DNA of 64,000 nucleotides from Verrucomicrobiota bacterium (GCA_047947115.1 CP170459.1:3232001-3296000), one strand, 5' to 3'. Shown: positions 40,488 to 51,534, counted from the first letter of the stretch. Notes: a model not told the origin generated them from the letters alone. Program-made: numbers and translations.

Positions 40488-42197
40488 ATGCATGAAGCCA
40501 TGAAACCAGTCACCTTGTTCCACATTTTGCTTGCTGCATTTCTCCATTCTTGGGTGCAAGCATCCGGTAAACCCAACGTGGTGATCGTTTTAATAGATAA
40601 CCACGGCTATTTTGAACTCAGCAGAAACGGTCATCCCGTGGTTCGAACTCCACACATCGACAGGCTTTCCGAAACGGGAGTCAACTTTACCGATTTCAAC
40701 GCCTCTCCTTTTTGTTCGCCCAGCCGGGGAGAACTCTTGACGGGCCGCTATGCCCTTCGCTATGGAATTCATAATACGGTGGGTGGCGTTTCCATTCTCC
40801 ATCAAAATGAAACCACCATGGCGGACCTGTTGAAATCCGCCGGATATAGAACAGCGGTGTTCGGCAAATGGCACCTTGGCATGTCGCACCCGTATACACC
40901 TGATTGTCGTGGTTTCGACGAACACTACATCCACGGTGGAGGTGGTGTGAGTCAATTGGAGGATTACTTCGGGAACAATCATATGGATGCCACCTACACT
41001 CACAATGGGCAGTATGTGAAATCGAGGGGGTTTTCCACCGACGTGTTGTTCGATCAGGGAATCGACTTCATGAATCGAAATCGTGAGCATCCATTTTTTT
41101 GTCTGATCACCACTCCTGCGGTTCATTTTCCAACACTGCTTCACCCCGAAACAGGCAAACGTCTCAAAGAGCGCGGAGTTTCCGATGAAAAGCAGCTGCC
41201 CATCTGGTCCATGATTGAAAACGTGGATGACAATGTGGGACGTCTTGTGGATTATCTTGAAAAAAGTGGACTGAAGGAGAATACCCTGCTTTTCCTGATG
41301 TCTGATCAGGGTGTGAATGACCGGGGTGTCATACATCGGGCGGGAGAGGGAACACAACGAGGTGTTCAATACGATGAAAAACATCAGGTCTACTGCATGG
41401 TTCAATATCCGCAGTTGACGGACGCAAAACCCGGAGATCGCTCGGAATTGACCGGCATGGTGGATGTGTTGCCCACGGTGCTGGATGTATGCGGATTGGC
41501 TCTGCCGCATAACTTGGATGGGAAAAGCATGAAACCGCTTCTGGCTCACCGTACAGGTTGGAACGACGAACGTAAACTGATCATTCAATGCCCACGGGCG
41601 AGAGATCGTTCAAAATGGGGCAATGTGTCGGTCAAATACAAAAAATGGCGACTGGTCGATGGAAAGGAACTATACAACATCGCAGAGGATTACGGCCAAA
41701 CGAATAATGTCATCCATCAGCATTCGCGATTGACGAAGGAATTGAGTGATGCTTACGAAACGTTTTGGGCTTCACTTCCACCCCAAAGGGAATTGTTGTC
41801 GGCGCATGTGCTCGGAGCCGAGGAAGCAACTTTCGTGAGATTAAACGGAATGGACTGGTATGAAGGCGGCCATCCATGGCCACAACAGGCCCTGGCAAAA
41901 CGCAATCAACAAGGAAAGTGGCGCGTGGAAATCGCAAGGGATGGAAACTACCGGTTTGAACTGCGCCATTATCCGCGTGAAGAACCTCGCCCAGTATTGG
42001 CAATGAAAGCCAGCGTTCAAATCGGGGAGCAGAAAAGGAGTGTTTCTCTTGATTTGACAGCCACGCACGCATTGTTGGAGTTATCGCTGAAGAAGGGAAC
42101 CTTCGATATGATGACAACCTTTCAACATCCGGTTGGACATGATGGAGACCCTGAGTGGGGTTCCTACTATGTTTATGTGGATTACCTGGGGCAATGA
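40488..42197 (+). CDS. Arylsulfatase (Cys-type formylglycine sulfatase)
   Basis: KPNVV, CSPSRGELLTGR, GKWHLG, DDNVGRL, ELYN...D.GQ. Confidence 0.92.
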   Translation: MHEAMKPVTLFHILLAAFLHSWVQASGKPNVVIVLIDNHGYFELSRNGHPVVRTPHIDRLSETGVNFTDFNASPFCSPSRGELLTGRYALRYGIHNTVGGVSILHQNETTMADLLKSAGYRTAVFGKWHLGMSHPYTPDCRGFDEHYIHGGGGVSQLEDYFGNNHMDATYTHNGQYVKSRGFSTDVLFDQGIDFMNRNREHPFFCLITTPAVHFPTLLHPETGKRLKERGVSDEKQLPIWSMIENVDDNVGRLVDYLEKSGLKENTLLFLMSDQGVNDRGVIHRAGEGTQRGVQYDEKHQVYCMVQYPQLTDAKPGDRSELTGMVDVLPTVLDVCGLALPHNLDGKSMKPLLAHRTGWNDERKLIIQCPRARDRSKWGNVSVKYKKWRLVDGKELYNIAEDYGQTNNVIHQHSRLTKELSDAYETFWASLPPQRELLSAHVLGAEEATFVRLNGMDWYEGGHPWPQQALAKRNQQGKWRVEIARDGNYRFELRHYPREEPRPVLAMKASVQIGEQKRSVSLDLTATHALLELSLKKGTFDMMTTFQHPVGHDGDPEWGSYYVYVDYLGQ

Positions 42198-42395
42198 ATT
42201 ATTCTGACACTCAGTCAAGCCAAGCCACGAAACAGGTGGACTGGCCCCACGCGTTCCGAACTTTGGGTATTTTTTAAATTGTGATCCTCACGTCCGCTGC
42301 GCCAGGATCGCCTTGACACAGAGGTAGTTTTGAAGTCGCGATTGAGCAGTCCTTTTAAAGCCGCTATGTAGCCTGTCACTGAAGAAAGCGAGCCA

Positions 42396-43757
42396 CTATA
42401 CTTCCTCCCAATGCCCAGGTGATGGTACGGGGAAACGACCTTCCTCATCGGGTTTGACAGGAACCTGGCTCTGGAAATCCAATGTTTCCAGTGGACGGCA
42501 TAATTGGAAGCGGGATTGCATCATGTCCTCCCATGTCACCTCTGCCCCTGTGTGTGTGGCGGCACGCCCCATCAATGAGGTCAAGTCGGAGTAAACCGCT
42601 CTTCTCGCTTCGTTGTAGGGTAAATCCTTGCTAATGGCTTCGATGAAATGATTCCATTCGTATTGCCAGGGACTGTGTTCATCCGCAGTGGGTGTCCAGG
42701 AAATGTGGTCGCGGCCAATGCGTTGATCCTTGAATTCATGAACCGTCGCACGGTGTGTTTGCCCGGAGAACTGCGCGGCACGCTGCGTGCCATGAATGAA
42801 GGTGGCAAATTCCGTTCGCGCGTTATGCTGACGGCGGAAACCACAAAGCGCCTTGGTGCCGTCCGCAAAGGTGTATTCCATGGAATAGGTGGCCAGGTTT
42901 TGACCGCAATCCGTGCTTCTGGCGTCCCGACCTCCCATGGCAACGCAGGAAACCGGCCAGGCATCTTTGATCCAACAACATTCGTCTATCTGGTGAATGA
43001 GGTTGTCAACCATGTGTCCGGAACCGACCCAGAACAGGTGGATTCTTCCAAAATTGAGCTGGGAGGCAAAATCAAATGCCTTTTCGCCCTGGGGATTCAA
43101 CCAACCGGCGCTGCCAAGACGATTCGCCCGGATCAACTGGATTTCTCCAAGTGCACCGTCACGAATACGGTCGATCAGAGCCTGTCGAGCGGGGGAATGG
43201 CGACATTGCAGGCCAGCTGCGATCTTGACGCCTTTTTTATCTGCAACCTCGGCGGTCTTTAACAAACGGTGGAGACCGGCCGGATCTGAAGCGAAGGGTT
43301 TTTCCATGAAGACATTGATGCCTCGACTCACGGCGTACTCGACATGGAGGGGCCGGATATACGCACGCGTCGTGCACATGGCGATGTCACCAGGGCGGAG
43401 CGTTTCGATCGCCTGCCGATAAGCATCGAACCCCTGAAATTGACGTTCGATCGGAACATCAATGTCTTTGCCGAAACTTTGCTTCAATGCGGTCAAACGC
43501 TCCCGGATGGGTTCCGAATGAAGGTCTGCTGCGGCCCAGAGTTTGACCGGTCCCCGGTAGGGAACCGACAAGGCGTCCCGAACAGCGCCCGTGCCTCGTC
43601 CGCCACATCCGATCAAGGCGAGACGAATGGTTGGATCATCGGCGGCGAACACATTTCCCGGGACCACAGAGAGAAGGGCTGCGCTTCCGGCCATTTGACC
43701 ACTCCGTTGCATGAACCGCCGACGACTCACCCCGGTGTGGTTAGGAGAACCTGCCAT
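42396..43757 (-). CDS. Gfo/Idh/MocA oxidoreductase, Tat signal
   Basis: SRRRFM, IGCGGRGTG, MEKP, GLQCRH, IHQID. Confidence 0.9.
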   Translation of the reverse strand: MAGSPNHTGVSRRRFMQRSGQMAGSAALLSVVPGNVFAADDPTIRLALIGCGGRGTGAVRDALSVPYRGPVKLWAAADLHSEPIRERLTALKQSFGKDIDVPIERQFQGFDAYRQAIETLRPGDIAMCTTRAYIRPLHVEYAVSRGINVFMEKPFASDPAGLHRLLKTAEVADKKGVKIAAGLQCRHSPARQALIDRIRDGALGEIQLIRANRLGSAGWLNPQGEKAFDFASQLNFGRIHLFWVGSGHMVDNLIHQIDECCWIKDAWPVSCVAMGGRDARSTDCGQNLATYSMEYTFADGTKALCGFRRQHNARTEFATFIHGTQRAAQFSGQTHRATVHEFKDQRIGRDHISWTPTADEHSPWQYEWNHFIEAISKDLPYNEARRAVYSDLTSLMGRAATHTGAEVTWEDMMQSRFQLCRPLETLDFQSQVPVKPDEEGRFPVPSPGHWEEV

Positions 43758-43923
43758 GATTCATATCTAGCGCAACTTCCGTCTGTTTGCTTGTCTTCGG
43801 TTGTTATATGTTGGGCGCATTTTGTTGTTCTGTCGTCGTAACCATGTTTCCTGGTTGGATTGCGCCGTTATAAACGGGGCTGTCTGTCTTCAATTCAGAT
43901 GTGGACTTCATGTCACGTGTGTC

Positions 43924-43963
43924 AAAAAAAAGCGGCATCCCATCTGACATGGGACGCCACTTT
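43924..43963 (-). terminator. Rho-independent terminator after 43994..45373
   Basis: Minus strand: AAAGTGGCGTCCCAT-GTCAG-ATGGGATGCCGC followed by T8. Confidence 0.75.
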
Positions 43964-43993
43964 CCACGACATGAGAATACACGTTACTTCTGG

Positions 43994-45373
43994 CTAGACC
44001 CAAGGCTTGGGTGTGCGAACGGGAGCATTTGTGTCATGATCGATCGGTTCGATTTCACGTCCAGTACCGTCGGTAAGCTTACGCGTCTTTTCATCAAACA
44101 GAACCGTCATGCTCAGGCGTTCGGAAATCTCCGACATGGCGATGACTGCATGTGAACGAACAGCCACTTCGATGTTTCCGTTGGGTTGTTCCCCGGATCG
44201 GATGCAGTCAAACCAGTTTTTCTCATGTGCGGGAACACTGCCGACCCGTTCCCCGATACTGAAGTCTTCGGGATCAATCTCGTCCGTGAAAGGTCTTTCC
44301 GGACGCAACTCCACGTTGTTCTGACTGGACGAAAAATTCATCGTGGCCTTGTGCCCGCGAATGGTGTCGGCAACTCCTTTTTCGTTCACCGTACTGCCTG
44401 CCACAAACAGGGTTAATCCGCTTGGAAATTCGGCCAGCAAATGAGTGGTGTCAGTGATTTCACGGTCTGTTGAAATGGCTCTGGTTCCGGTGCAGACAAC
44501 CCGGTGTGGGAATTCAAGTATCGGATTCACCATCAGCAGAGGCGTCACCCGGTGAGGCAGCAGATTGCCCAGAATGCCGTTGTTGTAGGCATAGTATTTG
44601 TGCCAACTGAAGTAATGGTCCGGATTGAAGGGGATCTTCGGGGCTTGTCCCAGCCAGCGGTTCCAGTCCAGATTTTCAGGAGTGGCATCCGGATCATTTT
44701 GATATGTCCATTCGCTGCGGGGATAGTTGTTGCGACAATACGAGGCCTGCATCCAGACAAGCGGTCCTGCCAGACCCTCTTTTACCCATTGGGCTGCTTG
44801 ATGATATTTTTTGTCGGAACAGAACTGGGAACCCAATTGAAACGTCATACCGGTGCGTTTGCAGGTGTCATACACCTCGAAAGCTTCACGCAGGTAACGC
44901 GTCATGGGTTTTTCGCAGTAAACATGTTTGCCGGCTTCCATGGCATCGATGGCACACGGAGCGTGCCAGTTGTCGACCGTGGATATGGTGACCGCGTCGA
45001 TATCTTTTCGCTCAAGCAGCTTGCGGTGATCCGTGTAGGTCGCATCGTCAGGTAACTGCAGTATTTCCTGCGCCTGTTTGAGTCGTTTTTGATAAACGTC
45101 ACATACGGCTGCGGTGGCGATATTGTTGTCGGCGGCATGCCGACTTTGGTAACGCACATGGGCCTGCCCCTGGCTGCCGGTTCCTATAAAACCGACGACG
45201 ATCCTGTCATTGGCTCCAAGGACTTTCCCCGCATATGGCGCCTTTTGTGCTTCGATCGCGGATTGTGCTCCCAGTCCGACTGCCGTGATGCCGGCGGAGA
45301 GGGTGGCGGTTTCTTTGATGAAGGTGCGGCGTGTGCGTCCTTCCCTAGGTTTGTTGGATGTTGAGGTTGGCAT
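43994..45373 (-). CDS. Gfo/Idh/MocA oxidoreductase, Tat signal
   Basis: TRRTFIK, IGTGSQG, DNWHA, YCEKPM, LDWNRWLG.AP. Confidence 0.9.
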   Translation of the reverse strand: MPTSTSNKPREGRTRRTFIKETATLSAGITAVGLGAQSAIEAQKAPYAGKVLGANDRIVVGFIGTGSQGQAHVRYQSRHAADNNIATAAVCDVYQKRLKQAQEILQLPDDATYTDHRKLLERKDIDAVTISTVDNWHAPCAIDAMEAGKHVYCEKPMTRYLREAFEVYDTCKRTGMTFQLGSQFCSDKKYHQAAQWVKEGLAGPLVWMQASYCRNNYPRSEWTYQNDPDATPENLDWNRWLGQAPKIPFNPDHYFSWHKYYAYNNGILGNLLPHRVTPLLMVNPILEFPHRVVCTGTRAISTDREITDTTHLLAEFPSGLTLFVAGSTVNEKGVADTIRGHKATMNFSSSQNNVELRPERPFTDEIDPEDFSIGERVGSVPAHEKNWFDCIRSGEQPNGNIEVAVRSHAVIAMSEISERLSMTVLFDEKTRKLTDGTGREIEPIDHDTNAPVRTPKPWV

Positions 45374-45475
45374 GGCTATTTAGGAATTTATCCAAAATAT
45401 GACCAACCACGGACAAAAGCTCCACCTGCTTTTTGGTGTTGGCTGTCCCTTTTTTGCTTTGACTTGGGGAGGGGG

Positions 45476-46555
45476 TTAATTGTCCGGTGAGAGAACTTCG
45501 CTTATCATGACTTCGCGTCCGAGTTTGAGAGAGCGTTCAGCTGCTTCCAGTGCAGCGATGACTTCCACTTCTTCGTCGATTGGAACGGATTCGTTGCCTG
45601 TCAACACGTAATCCATAAACGCCTCCAGAAGGTAGGAATATAGGTGGGCAAGATTCGGGATGACATGCCGCCACCCTTTGGTGCCGTGCAGGTTGATTTC
45701 ATATCCTGCACGCATCTTCTCCTGTTCCGCAACGGTGAGAACCACGTCGAGATCGTTGGCAAATCGAATGCGTGCGATGTTGGCTCCGGGTCTGCCCACG
45801 TTGATGGCGCTCACCGCTCCTCTGCCCAAAACCGCATAAATCATTGAGAGTGCATGGATGCCGTAATAGATCAGATCGTTCCCACAGGTTGCACTCGCCA
45901 GGTGGACGTTTCCGAGTTTTGGGAGTTCTTCACGGAGTCGAATGATATCCGGTACAAATCTCAAACTGCTGGCCGACATCAGGGGAGTGCCGGTTTGCTT
46001 GGAAAGTCGGGCAATTCTGGACGCATCACGTGCGTTCATGGCAAGGGGCTTGTCGCAAAAGGTCGGGATACCTTTTTCCAGGGAGTCGAGCGCGTATTTC
46101 CATTGTTCTCCAGTCCCGTCGTCGATCAAGATGACGGCGTCCACGTCGTCGCAGCATTGCTCGGGGGTGTCTGTCACGGTGTCGATGCGACACGCGGCGG
46201 CCATCGCACGTGCGGCCTGGGGATTCGTATCCCAGACTTTGACAACTCTTGCCGAACTCAGACGGCGTTGTGATTTGACAAACACTCCTTCAAACTCCGC
46301 GGCCTTGCCTTCATCCCAGCCATTGAAAGTGGTTGCAAAGGCCGTTCCATGATTGGAACCCGATTTGCGTTCTTCCCCCGGTCGTCCATAGGTCGCTGCT
46401 GAAACCAGTCCCAACCGAAGTTGTCTGCCGGGCGTTTGTCCATGGTTTTGAATGGCCAATCCGGTGGTGGATGCCGCTGCAAGCATGTGCATTGTTTTTT
46501 TACCAAACGTCCGGCGACACATTTTTGTATGATGTTGTTGGGGGTGAGGTTTCAT
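45476..46555 (-). CDS. Gfo/Idh/MocA-like oxidoreductase, Tat-like signal
   Basis: CRRTFG, VDAVIL, FCDKPLA, SASSLRF, YYGIH. Confidence 0.85.
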   Translation of the reverse strand: MKPHPQQHHTKMCRRTFGKKTMHMLAAASTTGLAIQNHGQTPGRQLRLGLVSAATYGRPGEERKSGSNHGTAFATTFNGWDEGKAAEFEGVFVKSQRRLSSARVVKVWDTNPQAARAMAAACRIDTVTDTPEQCCDDVDAVILIDDGTGEQWKYALDSLEKGIPTFCDKPLAMNARDASRIARLSKQTGTPLMSASSLRFVPDIIRLREELPKLGNVHLASATCGNDLIYYGIHALSMIYAVLGRGAVSAINVGRPGANIARIRFANDLDVVLTVAEQEKMRAGYEINLHGTKGWRHVIPNLAHLYSYLLEAFMDYVLTGNESVPIDEEVEVIAALEAAERSLKLGREVMISEVLSPDN

Positions 46556-46559
46556 GATG

Positions 46560-49500
46560 TCAGTTTCTAATGGGTTGGGAGATGCGCAGGTATGCGAAGA
46601 AATCCCTTAGCTGTTGATCACTCAGGTCGTTCAGCAAACCTTCCGGCATCAGACTGCGGCTGTTGGGTTCCATGGATTCGATCTCTGTGTTCGGCAGGGT
46701 CACATCCTGACCGTCCAGTCCTCGCAGCACTGTGACCTGATTGTCACGATCCACCTGAAACCCGGCAAGTGACCTGCCATCCTTGGTCTCAATGTTCACA
46801 TACTGATATCCCTCACGTATCTCTGCGTTGGGGTCCAGAATGCTGGTCAGCAAAGTGCCCAGATCCTTTCGCTGGTAAGCGGTCAGATCAGGTCCGACCT
46901 GACCGCCTTTGAAAAACAATTTGTGACAAACGCCGCATCGTTCGAGGAAAATGGGTTCCCCCTTGTAGGGATCTCCTGAACCACCCTGCAGTATGGTTTG
47001 GATATGACTCTGCTTGATGGGAATGGTTTGCTCGCTCCCGGACTGCTTCAATGGAAACATTTCGGCTGCTCTGTCCCGGATGCTTTGATTGGCATGTGAC
47101 CGGAACAGGTCGGCGATTTCATTTGGTATGAAAGACACACTCAATGCACCGGATTCAATGTTTTCAAACAGTTTCTCGGTCCATCGGGGTCTGTTGGCCA
47201 ACAAATTCAACGCTGCCAGACGAACGTCATCCGGAATGTCGGGTAAAAACTCGAGGATGGCATCGGCAATCGATTCGGACGTGTAGGCACTCAGGGAAGC
47301 GAATGCCGCTTTGCGCAGTTCGGGTGGAGCTTTTGATTTCGCAAGGTTCAGCAACACCGAGAGGTTGGATGTTCGCCGGGCTTCTCCCAAAGTGCGTGTG
47401 TAAAGCAGGCGATCTTCCAAGGCTTGCTCTTCGCTTGCTATGATCACGGCGGCTTCCTCAAATGCTGCATCCTCTCCCTGACGCAGACGAAGCACCAGAG
47501 AACGGGATGTGGCTTGTGCCAGTTCCAACGCGAGTTCGTCCGGAATCACCGGAATGGTGCGTCCGCGGAATGCCTGCTCATATCCTTGCAACAGGGCATC
47601 CGTTTGTTCTTCCGTATCTGCAAACGCCAGCAAGTTTGCCAATAAAACCAAATCCTGCCGCTTTCCGTCCACTGCCAACCTTCGAGCCAGTCTTGGCAGG
47701 ACTTGTTTGCGGATGATGGGCTGCCTCCAAAGGTCTTTGGTCATAAAAGATCTTACGATGCTCTGTATGTTCTCGGGAATATGGGCTTCCAATACCCACC
47801 AACTGAGCAGAGGGATGAACGGATCCTCCAGATCTTCGTCATGGTGCATGATGACCTTGATCAGTGAGAGGCCCTGTGCGAGTTCCAACCTGCGTGCGGT
47901 GGAGGCCATTTGCGACCTTGTCTCGGGATTGTTTTCAATACGTGCCTGATCCATAAGCGCTTTCATAAGCGCATCGGGTAGGGGAAGCGCCTTCAAACGT
48001 TTGCCGGGCAAACCAAGATTGCGATGGATCCCGTAGGTGTCTCCAATAAAGCGCACCGCCCAGTTACGCACCGCCGCTTCTGAATGTTGAAGCGCTTGAA
48101 TCGCTGTGCCGGAATCCAAACCTCCTGCCTGATACAAAGCCCAAAGCGCGTTCCATGCCGTCGGGCCCGTTGAATCAATGATTTTTCTGCGCAAGGTTTG
48201 AAAGGTGGAAGGGCTTCGTCGTTCTCCCAGAAGTCGGACAGCAGTCTGGCGATGCCATTTGTTCGGATGTCCCAGCAGGTCCATTAATTCAGAGTCGGAT
48301 TTGGCGGCCAGGTTCAGATCCGACTCGCGCGGTAAATCCTTGCCGGCTATGCGAAAGATACGGCCGGTGGTGGGATCAATCTGGTTCTGATAATGCTGAC
48401 CGTGCGCGATGTAAAACTCATACATGTCTGAAACCATGATGGAACCGTCCGGAGCGTTTGCGATATGGACTGGTCGAAACGCGGGATCGAAACTCTTCAC
48501 CACCACACCTTGATCCTTCGTTCTAAAGGTGGCTCCGCGTTCTTCCCGATGGGAGGCAATCACCTCGTTGTGCAGGGGGTCAATCGCAAATAACATGCCG
48601 TGCCATTGGGGCGGAATGGCGGAACCTTCCGCAAAAGCTCCAAAGTGGGTGAATCGTACCACGCGATCCGGTGTTGCCATCATGGGCAATTCCCCGAATG
48701 CATACGGGTTTCTTGGAGGTCCAAACTTGCCGGGATTGACTCCCTGCATCTGGTAAAAACCTCCCTGAACAAAATGCCATCCTCTGGTGCTTCCTCCGTT
48801 GTGCCCCGAGTACAAGCGACCTTCTGCGTCAAATTCCAAACCGTAGGTGTTACCGCCACCCTCGGCAAAGAGTTCAAATGCCCGGGTCTCCGGATGATAA
48901 CGCCACACCATGCATCCTTCAAAATAAACACCGGTTGCACCCTTCGCATCAATGCCTGGACGCGTGACTCGACATGAACAGGTGCTGCCCTGACCTCCAT
49001 AAAGCCAGCCGTCCGGCCCCCAGACCAGTCCATTGGAAATTGAATGAGAATCCTCGAAACCAAATCCGGTTAAATGCACTTCCGGATCTCCGTCAGGAAT
49101 GTCGTCGTTGTTGGCGTCTGGGTAGAACAGCAGGTGAGGTGTATGCATGATCCAGACACCCCCGTGTCCGCGAATGGCGGAGTTGGCCATGTTCAGACCA
49201 TCCACAAATGTCTTGTGCGTGTCGTAGGTGCCGTCACCATTGGTATCTTCGTGAATGGTGATCCGATCGGCTCCCGGCGTGTGATTGGGCGGAGCAGGGG
49301 GGATGGCATTGTAATGCGAGCGGTAATATTTGTCCCGGCTCAGCATTTCAATTCCGGCCGGGTAGGGATATTGTCTGGATTGAGCCACCCACATCCTTCC
49401 TCGTTCATCAAAAGTGAAATGGAACGGTTGGGTGACGGTTGGTTCGTAAAGCAGCAACTCCGTTTCCAATCCTTCGCTGGCAGTCATCCTCGCCGCCGAT

Positions 49501-50156
49501 TCATGGGGTGCCAGACGGGGACCGTGGACCTGCTCTGTTCGCGCCAGAACACGCTGTGACTCCCTGAACTGGTCAAAAGCCGCCCGCTGAGGTTGTACAT
49601 CGATGGCTGGCCCCGGTACGTAAGTGTCCTCTTTTAGAAACTCCCATTCGCCTTCAAACACACATTCAAGAAAGTAATCCATGATAAAAGGAGACTCTCC
49701 CAGGAACCCTCCCAGGCTGGCCGGGGCTTGTAAACGCAAGGTAAGCTCATTCCACTTACCTTTCTCAAGCGTGCCCGCCGGGATTTTATGTCGGAAGGTC
49801 GTGTTTGTTGATTCCTTGTTTTCGGGAGTCGAAACTTGGCCGGAGCCGACCTTGGTGCCATTCACCCACAAGGCGTGATTGCCCACCAGACCCCTTATAT
49901 GCATCCCCACTGATTCTTCAAAGAGGTTGCGTTCGTGTCGGCTGAAATAACTGTCCGGAACCTTCACCCAACACCGATACCAGCCTGTGGCGGTGCTGAT
50001 GGATGAATCAGGAAACGCTTGTGCCCAGTTTCCCGGGACCGAAAGGGTCTGCCAATCCGCCGAGTAGGTGAACGTGGCACTGGAGATCCAGGCTAAGGCA
50101 ATCCACGATACGTTGAAAAAACGATGAATGAACTTCATTCCATACGACTGGGACAT
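46560..50156 (-). CDS. PVC-type heme-binding membrane-bound dehydrogenase with N-terminal galactose-binding-like domain
   Basis: WQTLSVPGNW...GWYRCWV N-domain; EP.V.QP...FDERGRMWV..QYP, EDTNGDG, WGPDGWLYG, FRPV...APDG; C-terminal CGVCH, GPDLT, SLMPEGLL. Confidence 0.9.
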   Translation of the reverse strand: MSQSYGMKFIHRFFNVSWIALAWISSATFTYSADWQTLSVPGNWAQAFPDSSISTATGWYRCWVKVPDSYFSRHERNLFEESVGMHIRGLVGNHALWVNGTKVGSGQVSTPENKESTNTTFRHKIPAGTLEKGKWNELTLRLQAPASLGGFLGESPFIMDYFLECVFEGEWEFLKEDTYVPGPAIDVQPQRAAFDQFRESQRVLARTEQVHGPRLAPHESAARMTASEGLETELLLYEPTVTQPFHFTFDERGRMWVAQSRQYPYPAGIEMLSRDKYYRSHYNAIPPAPPNHTPGADRITIHEDTNGDGTYDTHKTFVDGLNMANSAIRGHGGVWIMHTPHLLFYPDANNDDIPDGDPEVHLTGFGFEDSHSISNGLVWGPDGWLYGGQGSTCSCRVTRPGIDAKGATGVYFEGCMVWRYHPETRAFELFAEGGGNTYGLEFDAEGRLYSGHNGGSTRGWHFVQGGFYQMQGVNPGKFGPPRNPYAFGELPMMATPDRVVRFTHFGAFAEGSAIPPQWHGMLFAIDPLHNEVIASHREERGATFRTKDQGVVVKSFDPAFRPVHIANAPDGSIMVSDMYEFYIAHGQHYQNQIDPTTGRIFRIAGKDLPRESDLNLAAKSDSELMDLLGHPNKWHRQTAVRLLGERRSPSTFQTLRRKIIDSTGPTAWNALWALYQAGGLDSGTAIQALQHSEAAVRNWAVRFIGDTYGIHRNLGLPGKRLKALPLPDALMKALMDQARIENNPETRSQMASTARRLELAQGLSLIKVIMHHDEDLEDPFIPLLSWWVLEAHIPENIQSIVRSFMTKDLWRQPIIRKQVLPRLARRLAVDGKRQDLVLLANLLAFADTEEQTDALLQGYEQAFRGRTIPVIPDELALELAQATSRSLVLRLRQGEDAAFEEAAVIIASEEQALEDRLLYTRTLGEARRTSNLSVLLNLAKSKAPPELRKAAFASLSAYTSESIADAILEFLPDIPDDVRLAALNLLANRPRWTEKLFENIESGALSVSFIPNEIADLFRSHANQSIRDRAAEMFPLKQSGSEQTIPIKQSHIQTILQGGSGDPYKGEPIFLERCGVCHKLFFKGGQVGPDLTAYQRKDLGTLLTSILDPNAEIREGYQYVNIETKDGRSLAGFQVDRDNQVTVLRGLDGQDVTLPNTEIESMEPNSRSLMPEGLLNDLSDQQLRDFFAYLRISQPIRN

Positions 50157-50247
50157 GTCCTACCTTTACAGTAATCATGGGCTCCAAGTCGAGCGGAGAC
50201 TCGAGGACTGATTCTTAATCTCTCGCCAAGGAGTCCTGATCAATCAT

Positions 50248-51534
50248 ATGATCAGGATTATGAGTGTTCTGAGGAATAGATTTTGCATGGAAGTGATGAA
50301 CCTCACATGCCTGCTTTTGATGACATCAGGTGTGTGCAGAGTTTTTGCACAGGAGGAAATACCCTGGTCAGCCAGACATGATCTGATCGAGCAGCTTTCC
50401 AAGAGACCTGGATTCAATTACGATGAATCCAAAGTGCCCGAGTATGTTCTTCCTGATCCATTGATTGCCGAAGATGGAACCCCTGTTTTGAGCGCGCGTC
50501 AGTGGAATGAATCACGCCGTCAGGAAATCCTGAATCTGTTTCGGGATCAGGTATATGGTCGACGTCCGACCACAGAGTATCAACTGACATTCGAGCAGAC
50601 AGCCGAAGAGAACGACGCACTCGAAGGAAAAGCGATCGGACGTAGCATGATTGCGAAAGTTTCAATACGGAATCGCTCTTTCTCATGGCCCTTTGTCCTG
50701 TTTCTGCCCAAGAAAACCAAAGAGCCGGTGCCAGCCATCATTCTCATCAACAATCGATACTTCATTCCGTTGGACAAGGCAGCCAAGGAGCATGATCCTT
50801 TCTGGTCCGTCAAGCAGATCATTGACCGGGGATATGCAACCGCATCCTTTCACACATCCGATGTCGATCCTGACAGAAAAGAAGGTTATGGCGAGGGTAT
50901 ACGATCCTTTTTTGCGGATGGCACTCCACCTGAAGACAACGCCTGGCGCAGTCTCTCCGCCTGGGGCTGGGCAGCAAGCAGGGTTTTGGATTACATGGAA
51001 ACCGTGGATGCGATCGATGCCGGACGCGTCGCGGTTGTCGGACATTCCCGTGGGGGGAAAACATCTCTTTGGGCTGCGGCCGAGGATGCTCGTTTTGCCA
51101 TCGCTTACAGCAATAATTCCGGCTGTGGCGGTGCGGCTCTTTCACGAAGAGCTTACGGAGAGACGGTCGCTATCATTACCAGAGGCTTCCCTCATTGGTT
51201 CTGTCCGCCATTTGCGGCGTTTGGCGGAAAAGAATCTGAACTGCCTGTAGATCAACACCAATTGATTGCGCTGATTGCTCCGCGAGGCGTTTACGTTACC
51301 AGCGCGGACGAAGATCTCTGGGCGGATCCGAAAGGTGAATACAGTTCCATTGTCGCGGCGTCTCCGGTCTTTCGCCTGTTGGACAAAACTTCGATTATCG
51401 AACCGCAAATGCCCTCATTGAATTCACCCAGAGTTTCAGGGCAAACCGGATATCACATACGAACCGGCGAACATAATCTGAAGGACCAGGACTGGACTTG
51501 GTTTCTGGACTATGCAGACGGTTTGCTTAAATAG
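50248..51534 (+). CDS. CE15 glucuronoyl-esterase-like alpha/beta hydrolase
   Basis: NYDESKVPEY.LPDPL, AWGWAASRVLDY, GHSRGGK, SGCGGAAL, LPVDQH, D.WADP.GE. Start uncertain. Confidence 0.9.
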   Translation: MIRIMSVLRNRFCMEVMNLTCLLLMTSGVCRVFAQEEIPWSARHDLIEQLSKRPGFNYDESKVPEYVLPDPLIAEDGTPVLSARQWNESRRQEILNLFRDQVYGRRPTTEYQLTFEQTAEENDALEGKAIGRSMIAKVSIRNRSFSWPFVLFLPKKTKEPVPAIILINNRYFIPLDKAAKEHDPFWSVKQIIDRGYATASFHTSDVDPDRKEGYGEGIRSFFADGTPPEDNAWRSLSAWGWAASRVLDYMETVDAIDAGRVAVVGHSRGGKTSLWAAAEDARFAIAYSNNSGCGGAALSRRAYGETVAIITRGFPHWFCPPFAAFGGKESELPVDQHQLIALIAPRGVYVTSADEDLWADPKGEYSSIVAASPVFRLLDKTSIIEPQMPSLNSPRVSGQTGYHIRTGEHNLKDQDWTWFLDYADGLLK

